Assembly (NCBI RefSeq): GCF_006345805.1
Contig: NC_042999.1
Coordinates: 59,272,001 to 59,336,000, forward strand
Reading direction: 5' to 3'
Length of the DNA stretch: 64,000 nt
From: Octopus sinensis
Taxonomy: Eukaryota
Made by a program: the position numbers and the translations under genes. Positions 12,173 through 25,078 of the stretch are shown one piece after another. Under the pieces are notes generated by a model, which made no database searches, was not told the origin of the DNA, and saw nothing but the letters and a program-made list of their open reading frames with translations. Each line of letters begins with the position of its first letter. Position 1 is the first letter of the stretch.

Positions 12173-12218
12173 GACACCTGATGAAGGCTGGAGGGTATAT
12201 CAGCCGAAATGTTGTGTC
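12173..12218 (+). ncRNA. Minimal type I hammerhead ribozyme-like motif
   Basis: gacac (12173-77), CTGATGA (12178-84), a, ggctg...cagcc (12186-90/12201-05), GAAA, tg, TT, gtgtc (12214-18). Stems I and II pair perfectly. Confidence 0.7.
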
Positions 12219-13535
12219 AACAACAAACAAGATGAGGACAAATATCCGTCAAATATAAATAATGTAAATAATGTGGAAATTTCTTGTATAAAGTATATTG
12301 GGTGTTACTCGGTAAATATTGGCCTGCGATTTCTAGGAAGTAGATGATATATGTTTGTCCAGAAAAAAGGTTGTCCAGAAAGTAAATAAACAATGAGAAA
12401 CATTTAGTAAAATTACAACGGGAATTGGATAACATAACAGTAATTAAACTGTTATTGTCATTAAAATAAACTTGAATAGTAACATAAACATGCAACAAAA
12501 ATTTAGTTGTCTCCTCCACTGAGATTTTCGAAATTACTTCTTGAAATTGTCTAAATACTTTGTGGGCACCCTGTACTGTTTAAAGCGGTAGACGATGAGT
12601 TGACTGAGAGATTTAGGTGTTATTTCTAACCCGTCAATCGATCACATAAAATATTCCTTCCTTTTACTTGTGTTTTTTAACGTATATTTGAAGCTGGTCG
12701 GCTGTGATCTGATAGAGATACGGTTGTTAAATCCTGCAACTCATGTAACCACGTAGAAGCTCATTTGTTGGCGCATCCTAATCTTTTTTATGCAGATTTA
12801 GCAATGTTTCACATGTGAGGTCACCACCATAAGAAATCGTCAGACACCATTACGCCTAGCATGTAAAGTGTTATATGTAGGAGGATAAAATACTTTTTTT
12901 ATTCCTCTCCACAAACTTTTTTTATATACACTTGCCTCGCTTGGCCCTGTTTAAATGTAAATCTAACTTCGAATGTATCCTCATATATAAATGCGTATTT
13001 TATACAATCTTTATTCTTTATCGTTTTCCTCCTTCCATTAAACTTTTAAATCCTTGCTTCCAAACACACACACACTCTCTCTCTCTTACTCCCGCGCGTT
13101 TTACTGGTTTTCGAGTTTGCTTCCTTATTTCCTCTTTCATTCTCTCTTCAGTCTTTCTTCCTTCTCTCAGTTTTTCTTTTCCTTTCTTAGTTTCTTCATT
13201 TCAGTTTTATTCCTTCATTTCTCTTTTCCTTGTTTATGTTTTTTCTTCAGTTTTGCTTTTTATTGTCTTTTTTTGCTCTTCTTTTTCTTAATGTTCCATT
13301 CTAATTTTGAAGACATCTTATGGAATATTGTCAGGTTATCAATGTTTGTGCAGGAAATCAGAATGTAGAAAAATTCTTATTTCTGTATTTATATATTTCT
13401 TTCTTTGTATATTTGTTTAATTCATATTTATTACTTTTGTAACGGCTTATCAATCATAGTATATTTAATCTAATGCATCATCTGTTGCTGACAGCTATCA
13501 GCCTTCTCCGTCTCCCTATCTCTTCCACTCTCTCT

Positions 13536-13539
<4 letters not shown>

Positions 13540-13577
<38 letters not shown>

Positions 13578-13606
13578 CCTGTACCCTATACATAAATACA
13601 TACATA

Positions 13607-13682
<76 letters not shown>

Positions 13683-13695
13683 CGCACACGTATAG

Positions 13696-13735
<40 letters not shown>

Positions 13736-13875
13736 ATATATATACGCAAATATATGTTACAAGTATGTATGTATGTATGTATATATGTGTGTGTGTATGT
13801 ATATGTATGTATGTACATATATATATATATATATAGATAGATAGATAGGTAGATAGATAGATAGATAGATAGATT

Positions 13876-13908
<33 letters not shown>

Positions 13909-13969
13909 CTATACGTGTGCGCAAATATATATGCATGTAAGTTTGTATATATGTATATGTATATGTGTG

Positions 13970-14016
<47 letters not shown>

Positions 14017-14095
14017 ATGTATATGTATGTATGTACATATATATATATATATATAGATAGATAGATAGATAGGTAGATAGATAGATAGATAGATT

Positions 14096-14131
<36 letters not shown>

Positions 14132-14155
14132 TGTAGATAGATAGATAGATAGATT

Positions 14156-14208
<53 letters not shown>

Positions 14209-14340
14209 CTATACGTGTGCGCAAATATATATGCATGTAAGTTTGTTATATGTATATGTATATGTGTGTAAATATATATATATATATATTATATATATAT
14301 ATATGTGTGTGTGTGTGTGGTGTGTGTGTGTGTGTGTGTA
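13540..14340. repeat. Compound microsatellite (CT/TA/GATA/TG) with higher-order tandem and inverted duplication
   Basis: 20-mer agctatacgtgtgcgcaaat at 13907 and 14207; its reverse complement at 13678. Confidence 0.9.
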
Positions 14341-14567
14341 AATTTATAAGTATTTATGCTTGTATACGCATATATATCATCTTATTCTTGCCCGCACACA
14401 TATATACATTCATGCACACACACACACACACACGCGCTCACACTCACTCACACACACATCTTATTTATATTTCTGACTGCATCTCACTCTTTTCTTTCCC
14501 TATTCATACATACATAATGCATGCATTAATATATAAACACATATAAACATGTATGTATGTATGTATG

Positions 14568-14610
<43 letters not shown>

Positions 14611-17600
14611 AAATACATAGTTGTATGCAAGCACATGTATACATATATAGGAATACAGACATATGTAAAGGCATATGTAAATAAATGCTAACATCAGTAT
14701 GTATGTATGTATGTATGTATATATGTATGTAAGCAGTACATACATGCAAGCGTACATGGTATCAACTCCAATACAAAGAATAAGTAAGTCCAATAAACTA
14801 CACATCGGTATGTTTATTTTTGTTTGCGGTTTTTATCCATTAATGTTTATCATATTGATTCAGGGTATCTCTGCGTGGTTTGGTGTTTGCTTGTGTTTTC
14901 CTCTATTCTCTTCTTGTATGCGTTCCTAAAATTGTTTGAAACAAATGTGTGGTGTATAGATTAAAGAATTGTAAAATAGAATTTAAAAACATATAGAAAG
15001 TGTGCATTTGTGATTTTTAAATTCTTTTGCGAGAACTCAAACAAATAACATTTCAGGTTTGACAGGAAATCTGATTTCAGAAAACGTGGTTAATATACTT
15101 TGCAATTTCTATCCATGGGTAAACGAAGCATAGAAGCACATATGCCTGAAGGAAATCAATTTCTTTCTTTAGCTATTCAAATAAGCCTGCGCGTTTTCCT
15201 TGTGTAATTTCATATAATAAATGTATTGGAGTTGTAGTTGACCTTTAACGTGGATTTTCATACTTTACAGATGATGTCACTGGTTAGCCTGGTCAAATGC
15301 TGTTTTATGTAGTTTTTTTTTTATCTGTCGAATATGAAACTACTATTGTTCTATGTTGATACGTGTGTAAAGAAAGCAAGGTTGCAGAGCTGAGTAAGAT
15401 GTGAGATCGATAGCCATAAGAAAGTTGGTATCACAGCAATAACAGCGTTGCCATGCAGTTGAATTTACAATTTACAGTGAATAATATCCAAGGGTCAAAG
15501 TTAACCTGAATAAATGTGGAGGCAGGAAATTTGTTTGAGATTGGTAAAGCAGGATGGCCATCCAGTAGGGAATGCCCCGTTAAATAACCTGCCTCCTTTA
15601 CATTTTTACTTATTGATATCTTCAATAAATAAGAAAGCAATATAAGGTTTTACAGAATAACTGGTGATGTTTTGGAAAGGAAAATGCCAAAGTGATGACC
15701 AGGGGTTGGAGATCGGATGAAGTATTTAGATATTTGCTTTCCTTGATGTGTTTTCCGAAATAAATAACTAACAGTTAATTTTAAGTATGAAAGGGTTTTG
15801 TTTTTTTAAAATTAATACCGATGGTGGTCAGCCTACACTACAATGCCAACAGTAATGAGCCTAATAATTCAGTTTTCCCTGCTAGAACTTAGCCCCCTCC
15901 TGAATATCCGTGCCAGGTGCCATCGTGATTACACACCATAACTGGATCACGTGGCATCAATTGATTGCAGAACTGCTGAAGATAGACTCACTCCATTTGA
16001 TAAGCTCTGGCACTTATTAACCAAATCTCTAATGTCTTGTCCGTGAGTATAGGAAGTCTTGAAATAAAGCAGTATACTCTGATGCCGTTGACCGTCTGTT
16101 TTAAGGCGGTTCCGGAGGACTGGAAATTCTGGCAACCTACTGTAGCTAGGAGGTACCAGTCATCTAGGGTCTCTCTAATCCTTTAGCTTTCCCTCATTCA
16201 CAACCAAAATAGTTATTTTGTGAAATGCGTCTCCCCCAAACTTCTGTAAAACTTCATTGCATAAATGATTGATCTTGGATCATGTATGGGAGAAATGCAA
16301 ATTTAGGTGATGGGAGAATTTGAAAACTTGTCCACTATTTACAATTCCTGGTCATGAAAACTCGACTACCGAGGCATTGCACATAGCAACTTTCTGTAAA
16401 AATAATAATAAGCAAAATCTACCACCCATACATTTAACGAGGAATATACAAAGTAATTGATGTTGTTCGAGGGATAAATCGCACCCAAATTAGAGCTGCC
16501 ATCACAATATGTAAGCTAATGTATTTAGGTGAAGATATCAATGCATTTGAGCAAGTTACTTGGAGAGGGGTCTTTTAACGGATTTTGTGTAAATATATCG
16601 TATTTTGAAAAGGTTACACTGAGGGTAAGCATCAGCAATATGTGTCAGACTTTGTAGGCATGAAAGTCCGCTGCCTAAATTGACTATGCAACTAGTGGCT
16701 ATCAGTAAGGGAAAAACGTAACATAGCATTAATCTAGATAGATTACGCTATGCTACCTTGCTCAATGCTTCGGTAAAAACTCACCCATTCAATATTCAGA
16801 CTAAAGAGCGCTTCTACGTACGAAATTAGATCCTGAGTAAGATACAATACAGTACAAATTCATGCAAATGAGTGGCCTTAATGTGACATTACCAAGTTAT
16901 TTGACAATAAGGAATCATGGGATTAGAAAGTTTGATCTTAAAACGAACAGTAATTGCGTCAGGATGTTTTATATCAATGCCGATCACAAATCCACTCTTA
17001 TCAATACCACCACATAGCAGAAGAATGAACCCAAATCTTCGTGGGTGCAACATGGATCTTAATATTAACGTTTTATCGGAGACATTAGATATTTTATTTT
17101 CTGCTTATCAGAGAGATGTCGTACATTCGAGAGGTCATCAGTCGACATAAATAAAGGTTTTATTCAGATATCTAGAGCAATCCTTTTATAGTCTCCAAAA
17201 TCGCAGTGGCTATGTTCTTGGCAGTCCTGATATTAGTAAAGACTATTAGTAATCTAAACTAGTCAAACAGGTTGTACAACAAACATCACACCCAGGGAGC
17301 TGCAAATATTACGAGTGCCGTACACATATCGTTGGGTTCAGCATATTTGTATTCCTTGATGTGGTAAATGGAGACAATTTTAGCATTCGTACATCTCTCG
17401 AATTCTTTCGTCTCGTGAATTATAGACTAGTCTATCTCTTGATGCCATTCCATTCAATAGCATTCGTCCATGTCTTGAATTGCACTCTCCGATTTCAAGC
17501 CTTCTGGAAAAAGGTACTTCAGCAATGTGTTACAGAGATCATTGTCTTCATTCTAGACATTTATCAAAACCAAGGAATGTCAGGAAAAAAATAAAAATGA

Positions 17601-18142
17601 AAACTGTTTCTTCAGTACTTCAATGCAATCAGCAGTTTCTTGAATTAAACATAGAAGCCTTCAGAGTGACTTTAGAACCCAACTTTACATAATCTAAGAA
17701 AAATAGCTGCGAGCTCTTTGAATCTCTTATGTAAGATAGATTGCAAAAAGTTCCTAAAAACTCCGGAAATTCTGATACATTCACAAATAAGTAACATATA
17801 CAATTATAAGCAATCTGTGGCACAATATTTCTCCATGGGACAAGTCAAATCGTTTGATGGCGTATCTATACTGAATTCCAGTCCATTACAGTGGATTGCA
17901 GTGGAGAATTCCTCGGTTAATTCATAAAGTAGTGTAAACCATTTAAATTGAGCGAGTATAGAAGGGTTTTGGGAAATGTTCGTTGTCCTTGACGTTGACG
18001 ATGCATCCTTCTTGTGTAGATCAGATAAGATTCTATTAGCGATATTGATTGGAAATTGTTATTTCTGTAGCATAGCAATGAAGGGCTGTTTTCAAAATTC
18101 ATTGATAAGGAATCTAGAATGTAAATGTTGGGCATATACTCG

Positions 18143-18343
18143 TTTACTCTTTTACTTGTTTCAGTCATTTGAATGTGGCCATGCTGGAGCACCGCCTTTA
18201 GTCAACCAAATCGATCCTAGGACTTATTCTTTGTAAGCTTAGTACTTATTCTATCGGTCTCTTTTGCCGAACCATTAAGTTACGGGGACATAAACACACC
18301 AGCATCGGTTGTCAAGCGATGTTGGAGGGACAAACACAGACAC

Positions 18344-18442
<99 letters not shown>

Positions 18443-18529
18443 TACGACGGGCTTCTTTCAGTTTCCGTCTACCAAATCCACTCTCAAGGCTTTGGTCGGC
18501 CCGAGGCTATAGTAGAAGACACTTGCCCA
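18143..18529 (-). mobile_element. SINE A, 5'-truncated in the CORE-like region
   Basis: Full 3' half with tail tttactcttttacttgtttcagtc; ends at gacacttgccca. Confidence 0.92.
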
Positions 18530-20213
18530 TCGTCTAACAAGTATTAAGGCTTTTTTACTCTAATGTTTGCGTGTAAAACATGTACTGCATGCAATAGACC
18601 CATTGCACTGGAGACTTCAGTACAACAACATGCAGAGTCTTGATAAGATATTTCCTGTCACTTGGTGATATAAGATTACTCAGACTGAAATGTTTCATTG
18701 AACCAACGCCAACAGTATAGAATTTTTACTCTATAAACAGCAACCGAGATGACGTGAACTTTTGTGAATAACTATTTCTCACATCTCACGCAGAATCTTT
18801 TACGACCAGTCGAGGCTGGCCGACGCCTGCGTAAGGACCGAAGATAGATGCTTAAATACCAGCTGAAGAACACTTTGGAAGAGAGTAATGTCAACCTTTT
18901 GGAATTGCAACACATCGCTATACGCCGATAATTTCGACACTCCTACTAAGGCAACAGGTATCGATAATGTAAAGGAGAAAAGCAGTAAATACCACAGGAA
19001 AAGAATATAATAGAGACATACACGTGGAGTTATAATTGTATAAGGGACTTCTAAAACAGCTTAGATATCCCTCTTGTAACCGTAATTCTATTCGAAGGAT
19101 TGCTATGTGTAAGCGCTATCATGAAGTGGAAGATGAGGCTGGTCCTCTTCATGGGATAGGAATAACATCCAAAACCAATTTCGCAAGGAGACATAAAACA
19201 TTAAGAATACTCGTGGAAGCGGTTATAATAAGTCATGATAAGTTAAATCAGTGCTATGTTTGTGTTTGTAGGATGATATATAGAAAGAATAGTTTCCCTG
19301 AACCTCTCCATCCGAGGAAGTTTGTTTTAGATTAACTTCGCAGGTAGTGAGGCCGTCAAAGAAATATCATCAGTTAGGAGTGTTTGAAGTGTGATAAAAA
19401 AAATCATATGAATCTAGAAAACCTTTGAAAAGTGACGCCCAGTTATAAGAAAAGAAGGATTGGTTTTTACATTTGCTTTTGTGATATAGATAACATTCTA
19501 TTAATTCGAGTAACGTATTTAATAAAACGGAGAGTGAACGAACTTTGATTACTTGTTGTAGATAACGAACATTTAAGAATAGTAACGAGATATATTGTTT
19601 TCAGATTTTGAGAAGAGTATTGTTAAGTAGTTTATGTTAGATGAATGGGGCGGTATTGGTTTGTTCATTACCCTATATCATACAAATAATTCGGATTTCG
19701 AACTATAATTTATACATATTTAATAAACATATTTAAACTAATCTCGAATAAGGAGCGAGATAACATTCACGTATCAATAATAAATGAGGATTAATAACTT
19801 ATCAGCAGAAGTTACTTCTTGGAGTATTTCATTCTTGAACAAATGATTTGTACGTTCTGTCATATATTAAGTATGAATCGTTTAAATGTAGAAGGGGTGA
19901 GAGTGAAGGAACAATGAAAGATTTTCACTTGAATACTATGAAGTATTACTTTGAAGTAATTATATCGAAAGTAAACAGGGAACTGGAAGGTAGTAACATG
20001 TCGAAATATTAAGTGCTGAGTTCATACAATTTTGAAATATATGAACGACGTCAATGAAAGGAAAGAAACTTAGTCGAAAATCTAACCCTGGCCCACATCA
20101 GCATGCTTTGAAATTTGGTTTTTGTTTAAACCAAACTTATCTTTGATTTAACAATCCAAAATCAAAACTAGATGTGACCGTTTCATCTCTTTGTGTGTTT
20201 TTTTAAAATGTAT

Positions 20214-20606
20214 GTAGGAGCGGCTGTGTGGTAAGTAGCTTGCTAACGAACTACATGGTTCCGGGTTCATTCCCACTGCATGGCATCTTGGGCAAGTGTC
20301 TTCTACTATAGCGTCGGACCGACCAAATCCTTGTGAGTGGATTTGGTAGACGGAAACTGAAAGAATCCCGTCGTATATACGTATACATGTATTGCATATG
20401 TTTGTGTGTCTGTGTTTGTCCTCCCAACATCGCTTGACAAATGATGCTGGTGTGTTTACGTCCCCGTAACCTAGCGGTTCGGCAAAAAGAGACCGATAGA
20501 ATAATTACTAGGCTTGCAAAGAGTTGGTCCTGGTGTCGATTTGCTGCGATAGAGGCGGTGCTCCAGCATGGCCACACTCAAAATGACTGAAACAAGTAAA
20601 AGAGTA
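20214..20606 (+). mobile_element. SINE A, near full length
   Basis: gtaggagcggctgtgtggtaagtagcttgc ... atgactgaaacaagtaaaagagta. Confidence 0.92.
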
Positions 20607-21853
20607 CTACATTATCCATTGTGCTGCTTGTTCGTTCTTTGTTTTCAGATACCCTAATGTGATTTGAGGAAGACTTTTCTGCTATTATTAATATCGTGGA
20701 TGATGTTGCTGGGGGCGTTTAATTATTTCTTTCGCATTCAATTACTCAATTAAAAGGTGCACGGCAAGAGAAGAAGATATCTCATACATTCTGAACCATC
20801 AACCAACCTCATGTTTTACACCATCTTTCTCTCTTCCCAGTTCTTGATATTCCTCAAGCAACCTTTTTACCGACAGCCCCCCCCATCACCACCACCACCA
20901 CCGCCACCACACACACACTACACTCCTTCAGACAAACACACTAAAAAAAAATGTTGCAAGCGAAAACACGAACATGTATTCTGAAATGGGAGGAGAACTC
21001 AGATTTCATACTTGAAGTTGCTTTTTTCCGTGGAATTATTTCTGAAGAAGTATGATGCTTAGAAGTTTGAGAAACGGAACGTAGGTACATTACATTTACT
21101 AAACAAAATACAGTCTCTTAATATAATAAATTTTATAATTTATCAATTATATTATTAGCGTTTTCATGACACCTAACAATGAATTCGGCAAAAAGATTTT
21201 TTACATTCGTCCGGATTGTGATTCCAGATGTATCGGTATCAATTTTTAACATTAAAATAACTGTACTATTATAAACTGCATATATATATATATATATATA
21301 TATATGTACTGAACAATTTTAAAGAATTTTCATATTCTTAGCATTGTATTAAATATTTATGAAATTACTTTTATCGTTGTAAAGCTGCTAGACTTTATAA
21401 GCAATCAAAATGAAAAAAAAATTCCAGTTGTAAAGGCATTTTCAAAATGATCAGTAAATATAAAAATAATCTAAATTTACGATGAATTGTCTCGTTAGAT
21501 ATTGTGTTTCATTTTTTCCTCATTTATTTTATTCCTTATTTTTTCTATGATCAATTTAATTTTTTTTTTTTCAAATTTCAAAAACGGTAAACAAAAATTG
21601 TAGATTGAAAAAACAACGAACAAAAAAAGAAAGAACAAGAGAAAAAAAAAACCCACGAACACTACGATAGCAATATTTTTCTAACTAGTTCAAATAACAT
21701 TTAAATGGGACAAAATGATAATGTGGATCAAATAACGAATGAATTTATTTGAGAAGCAATACACGCACAGAACATATAAGTGTGAAAGTGATACGTAGCT
21801 AATATTAAGAGAAAAATATTACGCGAGGTCTAAGATGATAAGAGTTACTTAAA

Positions 21854-22186
21854 GTTCCGGGTCCAGTGCTACTACGTGGCACTTTGGGCAAGTGTCTTCT
21901 ATCATAGCCATATGGCCGACTAAAACCTTGTGAGTGGATTTGGTAGACGGAAAAAGTCTGTCGTATATATATCTTTGTGTGTCTGTGGTTGTCCTCCCAA
22001 CATCGCGTGACAGATGCAGGTGTGTTTACGTCCCCGTAACTTAGCGGTTCGGCAAAAGAGACCGATAGAATAAGTACTGGGCTTACAAAGAATATGTCCT
22101 GGGGTGGAATTGCTTGACTAAACGCGGTGCTCCAGCATTTGCCGCAGTCAAATGACTGAAACAAATAAAAGAATAAAAGAATAAAG
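21854..22186 (+). mobile_element. SINE A, 5'-truncated
   Basis: Starts near the B box (gttccgggtccagt); tail (aaaagaat)n. Confidence 0.9.
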
Positions 22187-23002
22187 TGAAAGGCAAAGGG
22201 TCAACATTTAAAATATGATTAGAAATATATAAGTGAATATGTGAAAACATATGGGGATTGAAGTAATTTTCTAATAAGTTAAAGGAGTTGCGTATTTTCT
22301 ATTAGTAAAAGTAGCAGTAAAGAAGGAAAAATTATTTAATTGAAAGAACAAATTAGATTTTAAATATAAACAGGAGAGTAAAGGCGAATGAGATATAATA
22401 TAAAAATAATAAGAAAAATGTAGCGAATAGAAGGATAAATATAGTAATATGGGTGTAGTAAGCAGTGCTAAGAGCGCAGAAAAAGGATGTGTAAAAAATT
22501 TTAATATATTTTTATGAGGACCACAAATGAAATCATAAACAAATTTAAGATATTCTTATGTAAATATGAATTAAATTATTAAAGGGGACAGGAAGGGGAA
22601 TGGGATAAAAGGGGAGAAATATAATTGGATTAAATAAAATTTAAGAATAAAATTTCCAAAGTAAATTGGAGAAAGATGAAGAGATAATATTTGATTAAAT
22701 AAAATAAGGTGAAATAAATGAGGGCAAAGTTTGAATTAGGCAAATGTAAAGATAGAGATTCCGAAATAAATATAAAATTATTAGAAAAGAGTATGCCGTA
22801 AAGATTTATTCAGTTTTAAAAAGCTAAGGAAATGTGAGGGTAAAACTACATGAAAAATGATCCTAGGGGTTAGAAAATCAAGAAAGAATATTGATGTTAA
22901 ATGGATTTAAAAACTAATTGTAATAGAGACAACTAAAATTCTTAGAAAGTTGTAAATAATCAACTACTTTGTATCCGATAAGTTCGGCATTAATATATCT
23001 CA

Positions 23003-23275
23003 TAAGTGGTCTGATCAATAAGTATCCGGACTGCTGGCATAGTAACGAAGCTAAAGCATGCACAGATTGATCTTGAACTCTGCTGTGCAGGAATGCTACC
23101 TTTTAACGTTCAACCTCACTTCCACTGCTTACGGCAGTGCTTGAAAGGCTGGTGTGTTGCATGTGATCGTTGCATTGACCATGACAGAAAAATTTGTGCA
23201 GAGAATTTTATCAGATTTTGGCACAAACTAGTCAGACACGCAGCTCATACTCGAATCTTCAGTGATAAGGGACTG
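23003..23275 (+). mobile_element. Mariner 5' end fragment (TIR-like end plus transposase start)
   Basis: taagtggtctgatcaataagtatccgga is mariner TIR-like; followed by a decayed atgacagaaaaatttgtgcagaga (MTEK..QR) start. Confidence 0.55.
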
Positions 23276-23282
23276 AACTGAA

Positions 23283-23600
23283 CAGTAACTAATCTGCACA
23301 TCCTCACATTCGACGATTTCCCCTCACAGCTGCACGCACATCTGCGAGGATTTTTCTCAATTCCGTTGGTTGTGGGTCTCCCTGAACGTACGTCAATATC
23401 GACATTTTTCGGCCATCTCGGAAACGTCTGAACTATTTGTATACTTGAGAGCGGCTCATACACTCCTCTCCATACGCTTTCTGCAAATTTGCGTCGGCCT
23501 CTGAGCAGGTATCGGCATGGCAGCTTTATCTATCATTGTAAATGCGACAATCACATGCTACACACCTTTCTTCTTAGCACTGCTGTAAACAGCAGAATTG
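23283..23600 (-). pseudogene. Mariner transposase N-terminal HTH fragment
   Basis: Minus strand: LQKAYGEECMSRSQVYK*FRRFRDGRKNVDIDVRSGRPTT. Confidence 0.8.
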
Positions 23601-24656
23601 TGCTAGTTCAAACACAGTACGCATGCGCAACAGATTTCATAGTCAATTTGTGCCAAGCGGATTCACTCTGCGTACAGGAGCCTCATTACGGGTACTTATT
23701 GATCAGAGATTGTATATACGTTATATTCCAAATTACTGGTATGTATATATATATATATATATACGATTCATTACAAATTCCTTGTATCTGAAAAATGCTG
23801 ACAAATGGTTGATAAAGCTTTAAATAGTTATATATATACATATATATACTATAAATAAAATATAAATATATGCATACATACATACATGTACATACCTACA
23901 TATATAAGTATATATACATGCATATATGGGTACAGGACATCCAAAAACGTTGAAGACAATGAGAAACGAAAACATAAAAACAAAAATATAGAAAGGAACT
24001 TTTTCGAACAACGAAAAAAAAAATAAACAGAGAAACGAGACATACAACATACAACAGTTGTAAAAGGATATATATAATCTTGTTTAAATTAAATTTTAGT
24101 TTCACTTTTAACTAAAGGGGTATATAGTTTTATCATATGACTTTATAGATATGAAAATTAAAAACATAAAATCACGTTTTTATATAATCTTATAGCTTTA
24201 CTGAAAATACATTGTGTATTTATCCACAACGTGAATTGAAATTACAAAAGCAAAAAATGGAGATGGGAGACAAAGGCACACATGTAAATTTGAGTATTTC
24301 GTACGGAATGTCTTCAGTGCATAGGTTCTTACGCATGATGTGGCCAAAAGATGTATTGTGGTAGAAGAAATAAATCATATATAACTTGTTTACGCAACAT
24401 TTCGGCTAACACAAGCTTTGCTTGGTTCTTCCATGACGTGTGAAGTGGAAGTACAATTTAAATTTATAAGCATTTTGTGTATAACATTCCCAAAACGAGC
24501 GATATGATTTCGGTTGTTATTTTGTTGGTTGTCTACTTTTAATAATGGTATCTGTAGCTAATATTTCAGGTAATAATATTGCTACTGTTATAGAATAATA
24601 AAGAAATTTTTTTTAAGAAAGGGAAGGAATTAAAAAAAAAAATATTGCAGAACATA

Positions 24657-25078
24657 GGCGCAGGAGTGGCTGTGTGGCAAGTAGCTTGCTTACCAACCAC
24701 ATGGTTCCGGGTTCAGTCCCACTGCGTGACACCTTGGGCAAGTGTCTTCTACTATAGCCTCGGGCCGACCAAAGCCTTGTGAGTGGATTTGGTAGACGGA
24801 AACTGAAAGAAGCCCGTCGTATATATGTATTATTTTTTTATGTGTGTGTGTGCGTGAGTGTTTGTGTGTCTGTGTTTGTCCCCCTAGCATTGCTTGACAA
24901 CCGATGCTGGTGTGTTTACGTCCCCGTAACTTAGCGGTTCGGATAAAAGAGACCGATAGAATAAATACTAGGCTTACAAAGAATAAGTCCTGGGGTCGAT
25001 TTGGTCGACTAAAGGCGGTGCTCCAGCATGGCCGCAGTGAAATGACTGACACAAGTAAAAGAGTAAAAGAGTAAAAAA
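24657..25078 (+). mobile_element. SINE A, full length, used as the uninterrupted reference copy
   Basis: ggcgcaggagtggctgtgtggcaagtagcttgcttaccaaccacatggttccgggttcagtccc ... (gagtaaaa)n. Confidence 0.95.

Larger units (their letters stand above)
10915..12272 (+). mobile_element. tRNA-headed SINE-like element with (AAT)n spacer and hammerhead-bearing 3' half, interrupted by a LINE
   Basis: A box tggcatagtcg at 10930-10940, B box gagttcgattcc at 10973-10984, (AAT)n, 3' half at about 12085-12272, and an 8-bp direct repeat gtggaaat at 10907-10914 and 12273-12280. Confidence 0.75.

Noticed and set aside
12288-12576. Possible Tc1-type MITE (right end tttgtgggcaccctgta)
   Set aside because: The left TIR is too degenerate to confirm.
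15057-15118. Possible 62-nt host exon (tttcag|G...TGG|gtaaac; LTGNLISENVVNILCNFYPW)
   Set aside because: Weak polypyrimidine tract, no recognisable protein and no partner exons; needs RNA-seq.
15947-16135. Non-repetitive 62-aa ORF
   Set aside because: Short, no motif, and no supporting splice structure.
17118-17146. Minus-strand gtcgaCTGATGAcctctcgaatgtacgac as a hammerhead
   Set aside because: No stem II and GAAT instead of GAAA.
16300-17900. Possible old hAT or other TE coding remnants (HCLHSRHLSK resembles the hAT HCxxHRxxL motif)
   Set aside because: A single weak motif; the frames could not be linked.
18880-19335. Possible Penelope GIY-YIG remnant (TGKEYNRD...)
   Set aside because: Similarity too weak to call without a profile search.
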